Under the pieces are notes generated by a model. That model saw only the letters and a list, made by a program, of their open reading frames with translations. It had not been told where the DNA came from and did not search any database. Positions 1 through 9,375 of a DNA stretch of 64,000 nucleotides are shown here, piece by piece (position 1 is the first letter of the stretch; each line of letters begins with the position of its first letter). A program made the translations under genes and the position numbers. Source of the stretch: a virus; the UHGV virus genome UHGV-0236300; one strand, given 5' to 3'.

Positions 1-106
1 TTATTTAGTATTTAACGACGGAGACGGCAAATATAACCGGAATAAGTGTAACTACTTAAGCGAGATTACCGGACGCAACGTTTTCTATTGCCGTAACACG
101 GATCTG

Positions 107-847
107 GTGAAAGAGTTTAAAGAGGCGGCACACCATCCGTTTTTTGCAGATACGGTCAAATTGTTATCGGAGCTTCCACGCCGACCTACGAAGAAAGGTG
201 AAACCAAAACCCGTTACGAACCAGGCTATTGGGTTAAAAAACTTGAGAAGGATGGTTACTTCCGGCGTGAGCGTATTACTAAGGCAGAGTTCAGGAAGAT
301 TAAGCACTGCATACCGTATGAGGGGGATATCCAACGCGGAAGTTGTTGGCTAGGGCAGATGAGCAACATCTACCAGCAAGATTATGACCGTGTGCGTGCG
401 GCACTCCAGATTCCTGAAGGGGAAGATCTGTACCTGGTGTCGGAATCTCGTCTGCTTTGGACTGATCCTGATTGCCAATATGTTACAGAGAAGAATGTGG
501 AACATTTGTTGAAAGAGGATGCTTGGAAATTCTTACTAACTCGCGCAGCAAATGAAACTTCATATGACAGCCTGTACAGACAGTTAGGTAAAATTATCCC
601 CATGCAGGATTTTGGAAGTTATCGGCCACATTTCCACAAGTGGGAAGGTAGCACCACGTGGAAGTACGGTGAGCTAAATCATCGTGCCAAAATCTTAATC
701 GCCAACCGGGTTAAGTGCGGGAAGGCCTATATTGCAAGATTGGAAAAGAAATATCCACTTTTGAAGCATGTAGGCTTGAAATATTGGGATACTCCTGCTA
801 TGATTGAATACCGTGAACTGATTGATACAAAGAATAACATCAAATAA
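107..847 (+). CDS. hypothetical protein (possibly 5'-truncated by the window edge)
   Basis: ORF track; frame stays open back to nt 2 with no ATG, so the gene may begin upstream of the window or at GTG 107; no recognisable motif. Confidence 0.45.
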   Translation: MKEFKEAAHHPFFADTVKLLSELPRRPTKKGETKTRYEPGYWVKKLEKDGYFRRERITKAEFRKIKHCIPYEGDIQRGSCWLGQMSNIYQQDYDRVRAALQIPEGEDLYLVSESRLLWTDPDCQYVTEKNVEHLLKEDAWKFLLTRAANETSYDSLYRQLGKIIPMQDFGSYRPHFHKWEGSTTWKYGELNHRAKILIANRVKCGKAYIARLEKKYPLLKHVGLKYWDTPAMIEYRELIDTKNNIK

Positions 848-857
848 GGAGACCAAG

Positions 858-2063
858 ATGATTTTCATCTACGAACATTTCAAAACTCGTAAAGAAGCAC
901 GTGACCGCCGTGCAGAGCTTGAGAAGAAGGGTTTCACATGCGCTATTGAGAAAGGTAACACAACCTGGACACTGGCAGTAGGTGCCCCAGAGTTGTTCGA
1001 TCCTGACCGTGACAGCGTCTGCTACACCCGTGAGGATTTTGAAACCCGTGAAGAGGCCCGTTTATTTCGATATGGGCTGGAAGATAACGGTAAGTACGCC
1101 ATGATCTTAGACTTAGGCGAAGGTTCCGTTAAACGTTGGGGCGTGGTATATCCGCTGTGTGTTGTTCACGGTGTAGGGTTCACTGGGGTAGCAATCAAGT
1201 CAGAAGAACCTTTAGTAGAAGTCAAAGACCCGGTGCTGGAGGTGGTGAGCAGTGTGTCTCAGCAACAGACCCGAAGCATCGAGCCTTTGGTGGTTATTTG
1301 CGGGGAACTCCTCCAGATCACCTGCAACGAAGGTATTTTTGAAATTCGCCGCAGTGAAAGTGAGGAAGTTTACCAGAAAGTCTTCGACCATATCTCTGTT
1401 CAGGAATATGACGAGGCAATTGGTGAAATCCTTGTCTGGCTGGAACGCAAGAATGAGTTCACCACACTTGCAGACAACCTGATCATGAAAGATGGTAAGC
1501 TCTACTACTACGGTGTAGAGATGCGATCCACCATTGCAAAGAAAATTGAGAAAGATTATGCAGACGGAACACTGGATGACCGCTATGTGAAATTCCTCGT
1601 TCGCCTGCTACGCAATCCTTCTGCAAAATCTGTAAACATGCTCTACGATTTTATGCAGGCAAACGACATTCAGATTGCAGAAGATGGTCGAATCATTTGC
1701 TACAAAGGGGTTCAGTTTAACGGCGACAAGTGGGTGGATTGGCACAGTGGTAAAGTCCCACAATACCAGGGGGCTTTTGTATCCATGCCTCGTAACTTTG
1801 TAGAGGATGATCCGGAAGCTGCATGCTCTTATGGCCTGCACTGTGCCAGCAAAGAGTATGCAAAGAGCTACGGAACTGTGATGACGGTTATGGTTGACCC
1901 TGCTGATGTAGTTAGTGTACCTTACCGACACAACAGCGCCAAGTGCCGTGCATGCCGCTACGAAATCGTAGTAGCTCCAGAATCGCGCAAAGATGGCGAC
2001 CCAATTGAGTACGTGGTTGACCGCGACGGTAATACTATCGACATTATCTACGAGGAGGCGTAA
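858..2063 (+). CDS. hypothetical protein
   Basis: Long ORF (track 822..2063); ATG 858 preceded by AAGGAG; no recognisable catalytic motif. Confidence 0.6.
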   Translation: MIFIYEHFKTRKEARDRRAELEKKGFTCAIEKGNTTWTLAVGAPELFDPDRDSVCYTREDFETREEARLFRYGLEDNGKYAMILDLGEGSVKRWGVVYPLCVVHGVGFTGVAIKSEEPLVEVKDPVLEVVSSVSQQQTRSIEPLVVICGELLQITCNEGIFEIRRSESEEVYQKVFDHISVQEYDEAIGEILVWLERKNEFTTLADNLIMKDGKLYYYGVEMRSTIAKKIEKDYADGTLDDRYVKFLVRLLRNPSAKSVNMLYDFMQANDIQIAEDGRIICYKGVQFNGDKWVDWHSGKVPQYQGAFVSMPRNFVEDDPEAACSYGLHCASKEYAKSYGTVMTVMVDPADVVSVPYRHNSAKCRACRYEIVVAPESRKDGDPIEYVVDRDGNTIDIIYEEA

Positions 2064-3433
2064 TGGAAAAAGGGCAGTACGATGTAGGCACAGATGCTGC
2101 CCTTGTTGCAATCATGAGCGGTGAGAATGTCTTCGTAAGTGGACCTGGTGGAACCGGGAAGACATATCTTATCAACATGATCCAGTCCATGTATGGAGAC
2201 TCTTGCATAACGGTTGCCCCGACAGGGGTAGCCGCTTTAAACGTTAATGGAGCAACAGCGCACCGAACTTTCGATCTTGCCGCAGGTGTGAGCATGGAGT
2301 CAGACTGGACAGCAATAAGGGCAAAAACAGCAAAGCCTCTGAAAAGCAAGGCATTTACCATCCTGATTATCGATGAAATCTCTATGATCCGTGCTGACAA
2401 GTTCATAGAGATGGATAGAAAACTCCGCTTTCTTCGGAAAAATGACAAACCTTTCGGAGGCATTCAGGTGTTATTGTTTGGAGATTTCTACCAAGCACCT
2501 CCAGTTGTCTCTTCTATGGAGAAAGAAGCCTACTTCAACTTCTACCACACAGATCTGTGTTGCTATACAGAATCTTGGGAGGATCTTAATCTTCACAACA
2601 TAGCCTTGGTAGACCAGTTCCGTCAGGAATCTGTTCGCTTCGCCACAATGTTGAACTGTGTTCGTGAAGGTCGTCGCATAAAAGAGGTTGTAGCAGAGCT
2701 TAACACTCGTTGCTATCATGGTGGTGTCCCAACAGATGCCTTGACCATCTGTGCCACCAATAAGCAAGCAGAGGAGGTGAACAGACGTTTCTATGATGCC
2801 ATCAAGGCCCCAGAGAAGACCTACATTGGTAAAATGAAAGGTAAGTTCCCTTCCACACTACCTGTGGAGCAGGAAATGAGGCTGAAGATAGGGATGAAGG
2901 TTATGATAACCTCAAACGATGTTGACCCTACTCACAAAGTTCCGTATTATGTTAACGGGACACGTGCCACAGTGGTAAAATTCAAGACCAAATCCGTAGT
3001 AGTTGAGCTAGAAGACGGAACACAGGTTGAAATTGAGCCGAGATTGTGGGAGAATAACGAGTACAAACCTTCCCAGAGGTACAATATTGCCGAAAGGAAG
3101 ATGGAGAAGTTCATAGAGAGGGTTGTGATCGGGTCTTATGAGCAACTTCCTTTGAAATCTGGGTACGCAGTAACATCGCATAAAAGTCAAGGACTTACGT
3201 TAGATTGTTACAACCTAGACCTCGGAAAGAACGGAGCTTTCTCTCCCGGAATGACGTATGTTGCCTTGAGTCGGGTTAAGACGATACAAGGAATAAACTT
3301 GTTGCGTCCATTAAGAGAGGTGGATATTATTGTTGACCCGAGAGTCGTAGAGTTTTATAATACAACTTTCCCTGGCTTAGACGAGAAAGTCAGGAAAGAT
3401 TTTGAAACTAGAGCAGAAAAGGGGGACGTATGA
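2063..3433 (+). CDS. SF1B DNA helicase (Dda/RecD/Pif1-like)
   Basis: Walker A GPGGTGKT, Walker B LIIDEISMI, FGDFYQAPPV, and C-terminal TSHKSQGLT motif typical of RecD/Dda helicases. Confidence 0.85.
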   Translation: MEKGQYDVGTDAALVAIMSGENVFVSGPGGTGKTYLINMIQSMYGDSCITVAPTGVAALNVNGATAHRTFDLAAGVSMESDWTAIRAKTAKPLKSKAFTILIIDEISMIRADKFIEMDRKLRFLRKNDKPFGGIQVLLFGDFYQAPPVVSSMEKEAYFNFYHTDLCCYTESWEDLNLHNIALVDQFRQESVRFATMLNCVREGRRIKEVVAELNTRCYHGGVPTDALTICATNKQAEEVNRRFYDAIKAPEKTYIGKMKGKFPSTLPVEQEMRLKIGMKVMITSNDVDPTHKVPYYVNGTRATVVKFKTKSVVVELEDGTQVEIEPRLWENNEYKPSQRYNIAERKMEKFIERVVIGSYEQLPLKSGYAVTSHKSQGLTLDCYNLDLGKNGAFSPGMTYVALSRVKTIQGINLLRPLREVDIIVDPRVVEFYNTTFPGLDEKVRKDFETRAEKGDV

Positions 3434-3771
3434 GTTTGTGGAGAAATATCGTTAACTACGTGTGTGGCAATCCGACTCCTGAAGAGAAGGATGTTGTGAT
3501 TCACGATTTTACTAAAAGATCTCGTGAAAAAGATCTACTGCTAACAAAGGTGACTGATAAAGATCCTGCAGTAGGGGACTGGGCAGGTTTTGCGTTTACA
3601 TCGGACAAATACACCTTTAACAAAGGTGACTACCTTGTTGTGGATTTTAACGAAGATATTGAGGGTGCTGAACCTTACTATCAAACCCTTATTGTTGCAG
3701 GGTGTGTTGATCTCTCTGCAGGCATGCACAGTTTGATTCTTTTTGAGCTTGACTCTGAAGACCTTGAGTAG
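3430..3771 (+). CDS. hypothetical protein
   Basis: ORF overlapping the helicase stop by 4 nt (coupled); no motif. Confidence 0.5.
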   Translation: MSLWRNIVNYVCGNPTPEEKDVVIHDFTKRSREKDLLLTKVTDKDPAVGDWAGFAFTSDKYTFNKGDYLVVDFNEDIEGAEPYYQTLIVAGCVDLSAGMHSLILFELDSEDLE

Positions 3772-3832
3772 TAAGATGTGAGTATAAAGGGGAGGCACTC
3801 CTCCCCACAAAAACTAAGGAGAGCACCAAACG

Positions 3833-5176
3833 ATGAGTAAAACCAAATTAGAACTTACCTGGATAGGTAAGAACGAGCGCAAAAAGCTAGAGCCTCACAT
3901 TTTGTTAGAAGATTCGAGCAAGTCTTATTACGCCAGTAAAAAGGTGACCGAAAACGATATTTTTGATAATAAACTGATTTTTGGAGATAACTTACTGGCA
4001 TTGAAGGCACTAGAGCAAGAGTATGCAGGCAAAGTGAAGTGTGTTTACATAGACCCGCCATTCAATACCGGAAGGGATTTTGAGCACTACGATGATAGCC
4101 TGGAGCACTCCATTTGGCTGGGCTTAATGCGGGACAGATTAGAAATAATTCGTAATCTGCTAAGCGATGATGGAGTGATATTCGTTCACTTAGATGACTG
4201 CGAAATGGCTTATTTAAAAGTCTTGATGGACGAGATTTTTGGTCGTGCAAATCAGTTAAATACCATATCGATGACTACAAATTGCCCTTCAGGCTTTAAG
4301 GCAACAGGAACTACAGTTTTCTCCACAGCAAACTTTTTGCTTGTATATGCAAAAGATCGTACCAAGAAACCACTTAACAAAATCTATATACCTAAAGAGT
4401 ATGATACGGGATATAACAAATATCTATTAAACCCAGATGACCATTATAAAAGTTGGACGTGGTGCGGTATTGCCGATGCGTTTGCAAAGGCCAATGGCTA
4501 TAAAGATACAAAAGAAGCCAAGAAAAAACTGCCTGATACATTTGATGATGAATTAGCACAATTTGCAATTGATAATGCAGAACGTGTATTTCAATCCGTT
4601 GCAATTGGCGGTGGTGCCAAAATAAAGAGAAAAGAAACTATCGAGAAGTCAAAGAAAGATAGGGATAAGGTTTATGTACATCCAAATGAGGATGTCGAAG
4701 GCTTTTATATCGCAAATGGTAGGCAAATGGTCTTTTATTCCAATAGGCTTTTGGAAATTGACGGCAAGATGCAGCCTGCTGAACTAATAACTGATGTTTG
4801 GACTGACATTAGTTGGAATGGAATAGCAAATGAAGGCGGCGTTAGTTTCAAAAATGGAAAAAAGCCCGAAGCGCTTTTGAAGCGAATTTTCGAAATGTGT
4901 ACGCGAGAAGGAGATTTAGTCTTGGATTCATTCGGCGGTTCAGGAACTACTGCTGCCGTAGCTCACAAGATGAAAAGACGTTGGATCTCTGTCGAGTTAG
5001 GTGATCATTGTCATACCCATATCATCCCGCGCTTGCAAAAAGTGATCGATGGCAAAGATCAAAGTGGTATTTCTAAATCTGTAAACTGGCAAGGTGGCGG
5101 GGGCTTTCGCTATTACAAACTTGCCCCGAACTTAGTTATGAAAGATAAGCTTGACTCAGAAGAAGATTTAGAGTAA
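3833..5176 (+). CDS. DNA methyltransferase, beta-class amino-MTase (N6-adenine or N4-cytosine)
   Basis: Motif IV IDPPFNT precedes motif I VLDSFGGSGTT (beta-class order); SD AAGGAGA 10 nt upstream. Confidence 0.8.
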   Translation: MSKTKLELTWIGKNERKKLEPHILLEDSSKSYYASKKVTENDIFDNKLIFGDNLLALKALEQEYAGKVKCVYIDPPFNTGRDFEHYDDSLEHSIWLGLMRDRLEIIRNLLSDDGVIFVHLDDCEMAYLKVLMDEIFGRANQLNTISMTTNCPSGFKATGTTVFSTANFLLVYAKDRTKKPLNKIYIPKEYDTGYNKYLLNPDDHYKSWTWCGIADAFAKANGYKDTKEAKKKLPDTFDDELAQFAIDNAERVFQSVAIGGGAKIKRKETIEKSKKDRDKVYVHPNEDVEGFYIANGRQMVFYSNRLLEIDGKMQPAELITDVWTDISWNGIANEGGVSFKNGKKPEALLKRIFEMCTREGDLVLDSFGGSGTTAAVAHKMKRRWISVELGDHCHTHIIPRLQKVIDGKDQSGISKSVNWQGGGGFRYYKLAPNLVMKDKLDSEEDLE

Positions 5177-5235
5177 TATTTAAAATATCTAAGGGTAGGT
5201 CTACTCTTCACACAAGATAAGGAGAACACCAAACG

Positions 5236-5478
5236 ATGAAGCGTTATAAACCATACACTTTTGAAATCGATTTCGAACTTGACGATATGCTCACTGTAGA
5301 AGCTCAGGCAGTTGTCCAGTTGCCAGATCCGGAGTGCCGTGATTCTGATGTTGATTATTATGGATTTAGACAGATTACTGATGTGCATGTTTACCACACA
5401 ACGGAGAAGAGGTGGATTTTCACCAGTTACCAAACGATCTGCGCCACTCGATTTACAAACGTGCAGCACGTGAACTAG
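5236..5478 (+). CDS. hypothetical protein
   Basis: ORF with 5' leader nearly identical to that of the MTase at 3833 (TAAGGAGARCACCAAACGATG). Confidence 0.45.
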   Translation: MKRYKPYTFEIDFELDDMLTVEAQAVVQLPDPECRDSDVDYYGFRQITDVHVYHTTEKRWIFTSYQTICATRFTNVQHVN

Positions 5479-5539
5479 AGTCCTATCTGGATGCAGCGAC
5501 GACAGCGGCAGCATTTGCTGAAGAAGTAGGAGGCTTCTA

Positions 5540-5938
5540 ATGATTACAGATGTGAAGATTATCCAATACCACCTAACCAAATTAGAAGATGCTGAAAAAG
5601 AGCTTGCAGAAGTTCTGAACAGTGGGTATACTTTACTGACATGCTCCTGCTCAGACACATACATTGTGTGGACACTTGCTAAGAAGGAAGAGCCTGCATG
5701 GATCTTGGTGCCAAACCCAGAGATCGCTAGTGAAGTTGATGGCTACTCCCAAGATAACGGCTTGCCAGAAGGTTGGGAAGTGTGGGAAGGTGGTGAAAAC
5801 CCTGCACCAGGTAAGTGGGTAAAATACAAACTACGTAGCGGTGCACAGTATGCTGACTACTCTGATGACCTAGACTGGAGTCACTCTTCACCAGGATCAT
5901 CTGCAAGTGCATATGATATTGTTGCTTTTCAGGAATAA
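5540..5938 (+). CDS. hypothetical protein
   Basis: ORF with SD GGAGG upstream; no motif. Confidence 0.5.
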   Translation: MITDVKIIQYHLTKLEDAEKELAEVLNSGYTLLTCSCSDTYIVWTLAKKEEPAWILVPNPEIASEVDGYSQDNGLPEGWEVWEGGENPAPGKWVKYKLRSGAQYADYSDDLDWSHSSPGSSASAYDIVAFQE

Positions 5939-5950
5939 GGAGAGGGTGTT

Positions 5951-6433
5951 ATGTCAGATTTTATGTGGAAGGTAGGTTATGCCTCTCCTGAAATGTGTGA
6001 GGCTTGTTTTGTGAAAATAGGCCGCGAGGATATTGACAAAGTGATCCTTAAGTTTCGTGATGTGTCTGTAATCGGCAACCGAGTTCTTAAGCACTTAAAG
6101 AATCTGAAGCTCACCAAGAAGAAGTTCTTCGGACTTTTCGAAGAGAAAGTTGATGCTTGGACCCATTGCATTCAGGAAGCTAAATCTCACTACAGTGCTA
6201 TCGTTACTCCGGAACGGGTAGCCAAGATGGAAGGATTCATCAACAGCACGGAGTTTGAGTGCCTAAAGGCTGCCCTTGATAGCTATCCAAAGTGCCTCAA
6301 ACACCTTGACAAGTATGTAGAAAAGGATGGTGAAATGTATCTCACCCTGGACGCATACTATGAGATGCAAGAAATTTTAAATTTAGATTTGACATTGGTA
6401 TCCACCGAGTATACAATAGGTATCCGGGTTTAA
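5951..6433 (+). CDS. hypothetical protein
   Basis: ORF followed by a strong intrinsic terminator. Confidence 0.5.
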   Translation: MSDFMWKVGYASPEMCEACFVKIGREDIDKVILKFRDVSVIGNRVLKHLKNLKLTKKKFFGLFEEKVDAWTHCIQEAKSHYSAIVTPERVAKMEGFINSTEFECLKAALDSYPKCLKHLDKYVEKDGEMYLTLDAYYEMQEILNLDLTLVSTEYTIGIRV

Positions 6434-6439
6434 CACTAT

Positions 6440-6468
6440 GCCCTGCCCGAAAGGGTGGGGCTTTTTGC
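6440..6468 (+). terminator. rho-independent terminator (GAAA tetraloop hairpin + T5)
   Basis: GCCCTGCCC-GAAA-GGGTGGGGC stem-loop followed by TTTTT; near-identical copy at 17441. Confidence 0.7.
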
Positions 6469-6484
6469 ATTAGGAGACAGCAAA

Positions 6485-7249
6485 TTGAAATTTATCTACA
6501 AAGAACACTACCACAAAGGTGTCGTGTGGAGTCTATTTGACGGGTCTGGTGGTGCAGTTATTGACTGGGCAAAAGCTGGGTACCTGTGCCTGTGCTTTAA
6601 TGCAGAAGGTGCTGACCACGGTAGTTATGCAGAGGTGATAACCGATCATCCTAACATTCACTATGTGGATTATTGGATTGATCCATGGTTCCCTCAAGAA
6701 ACTTTTTGCATGTATCCAGCTCCAGACTTTATTCTTGCATTTCCTCCGTGCACGCATTTAGCAGTATCCGGAGCTGCACACTTTAAGAAAAAGCTGGCTA
6801 AGGACCCACTGATCCAAATTAATGCTGTGAAAGATGCTCGGGTTGCAGAAGAGTTGGGAGAGATTTATGATTGCCCGTGGCATGTAGAGAACCCTGTAGG
6901 AGTTATGTCAACACTGTGGCGAAAACCTGATTACCGTTTTCATCCTTCGGATTATGGTGGGTATCTACCAGAGGACGATGTAAACCCATGGTTTCCTGAA
7001 TTTATAGCTCCACGTGATGCCTACCCAAAAATAACTTGCGGTTGGATAGGCAATGGATTTATAATCCCCGCCACAAAACCTGTCCCGCAAATAGTTGATG
7101 TGGTTAGTGGTTATTCCATGCAACACGCTAAGCTAGGTGGAAAGAGTGCAAGGACGAAGATGATTCGAAGCCTTACACCACGTGGCTGGGCAAGAGCTGT
7201 ATTCTTAGCAAACGAGCCTGCAGTAAGGAGAAGAATTAATGGGCAGTAA
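6485..7249 (+). CDS. C5-cytosine DNA methyltransferase-like protein (divergent, short)
   Basis: FDGSGG (motif I-like), FPPCTHLAVSG (PCQ-like motif IV with Thr for Gln), ENPVGV (ENV-like motif VI); start uncertain (TTG 6485 after SD AGGAGA; track start 6455 lies inside the terminator hairpin). Confidence 0.5.
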   Translation: MKFIYKEHYHKGVVWSLFDGSGGAVIDWAKAGYLCLCFNAEGADHGSYAEVITDHPNIHYVDYWIDPWFPQETFCMYPAPDFILAFPPCTHLAVSGAAHFKKKLAKDPLIQINAVKDARVAEELGEIYDCPWHVENPVGVMSTLWRKPDYRFHPSDYGGYLPEDDVNPWFPEFIAPRDAYPKITCGWIGNGFIIPATKPVPQIVDVVSGYSMQHAKLGGKSARTKMIRSLTPRGWARAVFLANEPAVRRRINGQ

Positions 7250-9317
7250 ATTCATGGCATCTGCATACAACCGTTTCGGTGAGCCAAACCCGAAAGCAAC
7301 TAAGTATAAAAGTGGGGGAAGTGTGAAACGAGACTATCGTGATGAAAAAGAAGTTGAAACTGTAGAGACTGTTTTAGAAAATACTAAAATTGTCCCTGTT
7401 CCACAACAAAATATTGGACTGATGGCTGCACAATATTTTGGTGTACGATCATCGCTATCCCAAGAGGATGGTGTAACTGTTACTGCCACCTACTTTCCGT
7501 ATTATGACCGCTACGGTAATCTATCTGGCTTTAAAAAGCGGGACTGGACAATCCCTAAAGAGCAAAGGGGCCATTTCTCGGTTGTTGGCATAGTAAAGGC
7601 CAACTCCCAGATGTTTGGTCAAAAGCTGTGTGCATCCTCCAACAACCGCAAGCAGATTAACGTTTGTGAGGGGGAAGGAGATGTTATTGCAGCGTGGCAG
7701 GCTGCATATCAGGTACAAGTAAAAGGAATTCTCACCAATACTAAAGCCCCGGCGAAGGTGAAGCAGTGGGCTAAAGAAGTCCAGGATGGGATTGATGCAG
7801 TTATCAACGGCGGTGATCTGGCAGGAAAACCATGCCTGCCTTTTGTCGGAATTAACTGCGGGTGTGCAAACGCCGTAGACACTTTTGCGAACAATGAGAA
7901 ATTTATCCGTAGCTACGGAACAGTAGTCCTTGCAATGGACAACGATGCAGCTAACGAGGTAGAGAAGCAAAAACACGTTATCAAAGGTGTTGAAGCTACG
8001 CATAATATCGCAGCATTTTTGATGGCTGACAACGTTTACCACGTGGAATACCCAGGTGAGGTAAACGACCCTGATGGTGTAAAAGATATTCGTGACATGC
8101 TGAAGGCTAAAAAGCTGGAAGATATTGTCAACATGTTCCGTCACCCAGTCAAATATGTGCCTGATGCTGTATCTGATTTAGAAGACTTCTCCATTGAATC
8201 TCTTCGTAAGAAGACTTCCAATGGCGTGGATATCAGTGCAGAGTTCCCTAAACTGCAGAAGATGCTGAAAGGACTCCACAAAGGCACCTTGATGATGCTG
8301 ACAGGCCCGTCTGGCGGTGGTAAAACAACTGTAGCCAAGAAGCTGGAACATTGCATTGCAAGATACTTGATGGACCCAACATGCCCTAAAGCTGATGATT
8401 ATGAAGAGGATGATCGCCTGTGCCTGATTCACCTTGAAGAGGATCCTGAGGAAGCAATCAACTCTCTGTACGCTAACCAGCTGGGGTTTGATGTTAAAGA
8501 GTTTGTTGAAGACCCCAGTCAGTTCCTGACCGATCAGGAGCACGCTGAGATTCATCAATCTTGGGCCAAGGCCGGAAAAATCAAAGTGTTCAAGCATTTC
8601 GGCTCCATCCCTGTAGATGAGCTGATCACTAAGCTTAAACAAATGGTGTGCCTGTATCACTGCCGTTACATTGTGCTGGATCACTTGTCTATGGTGATTT
8701 CAGGGCTTAATGTTAAGGATGAGCGTAAAGAGCTTGACATGGCTATGACTCAACTAGCCGCGTTCTGTAAGCAGTTTAATGTGTTTATCTTGGTGATTGC
8801 TCACCTGAAGCGCACAGAGATTGTACCTCCGAAGGATAAGGATGGAAATCCGTTACCTTTCTGGTACCCTGTACGAAAAGAGAACCTTCGCGGTAGTGCC
8901 GGATTGGAGCAACTTAGCTGGGTGGTTGTCGGGGTAGAGGCAGAGGAGATGGTGGATCGTTCCCGTGGGCGTGTCCGGCTGGTAGGTCTTAAAAACCGCC
9001 CAGCAAAAACCTTAGGTATTGCGGACACTCTAGTTATGGATCCCCACACAGGCAAGTTCCACGATGCCAGCAATTGGTATTGGGATAAAGAGATGCAGAT
9101 GTTTACAGACGGGGAAGGTGGAGAGGTTGTTTGGAGACCTCAAGCTATGTTTGAGGATCAGGAGCATGCAGTTGTAGAAACACCTGTGGGCAAGGTTGTG
9201 GCTGATAAGGTTATAACTCCTGCTGTTAACCCTGTTGACACACAGGAAGATCTTCAGTATGATGATCCGTCCTCTAACCACGTTCCTGGTTTTGAAGACG
9301 ACGAAACACCTTTTTAA
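7239..9317 (+). CDS. bifunctional primase-helicase (toprim primase + DnaB-like helicase, T7 gp4-like)
   Basis: Toprim-like CEGEGD and MDNDAAN; helicase Walker A TGPSGGGKTT, Walker B IVLDHL, LVIAHLKR; acidic C-terminus ending DDETPF. Confidence 0.85.
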   Translation: MGSKFMASAYNRFGEPNPKATKYKSGGSVKRDYRDEKEVETVETVLENTKIVPVPQQNIGLMAAQYFGVRSSLSQEDGVTVTATYFPYYDRYGNLSGFKKRDWTIPKEQRGHFSVVGIVKANSQMFGQKLCASSNNRKQINVCEGEGDVIAAWQAAYQVQVKGILTNTKAPAKVKQWAKEVQDGIDAVINGGDLAGKPCLPFVGINCGCANAVDTFANNEKFIRSYGTVVLAMDNDAANEVEKQKHVIKGVEATHNIAAFLMADNVYHVEYPGEVNDPDGVKDIRDMLKAKKLEDIVNMFRHPVKYVPDAVSDLEDFSIESLRKKTSNGVDISAEFPKLQKMLKGLHKGTLMMLTGPSGGGKTTVAKKLEHCIARYLMDPTCPKADDYEEDDRLCLIHLEEDPEEAINSLYANQLGFDVKEFVEDPSQFLTDQEHAEIHQSWAKAGKIKVFKHFGSIPVDELITKLKQMVCLYHCRYIVLDHLSMVISGLNVKDERKELDMAMTQLAAFCKQFNVFILVIAHLKRTEIVPPKDKDGNPLPFWYPVRKENLRGSAGLEQLSWVVVGVEAEEMVDRSRGRVRLVGLKNRPAKTLGIADTLVMDPHTGKFHDASNWYWDKEMQMFTDGEGGEVVWRPQAMFEDQEHAVVETPVGKVVADKVITPAVNPVDTQEDLQYDDPSSNHVPGFEDDETPF

Positions 9318-9375
9318 TGTTTAACCAAGAGTGGGAGGGGTAGTACAACCGCCTCCCCTTTAAGGAGAACTGTAT

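Noticed and set aside
1608-2463. Minus-strand ORFs 1608..2111 and 2044..2463
   Set aside because: Antisense to the 858..2063 gene and the helicase gene; no RBS and no motifs.
7521-8144. 207-aa minus-strand ORF
   Set aside because: Lies entirely antisense within the primase-helicase gene, which has clear catalytic motifs.
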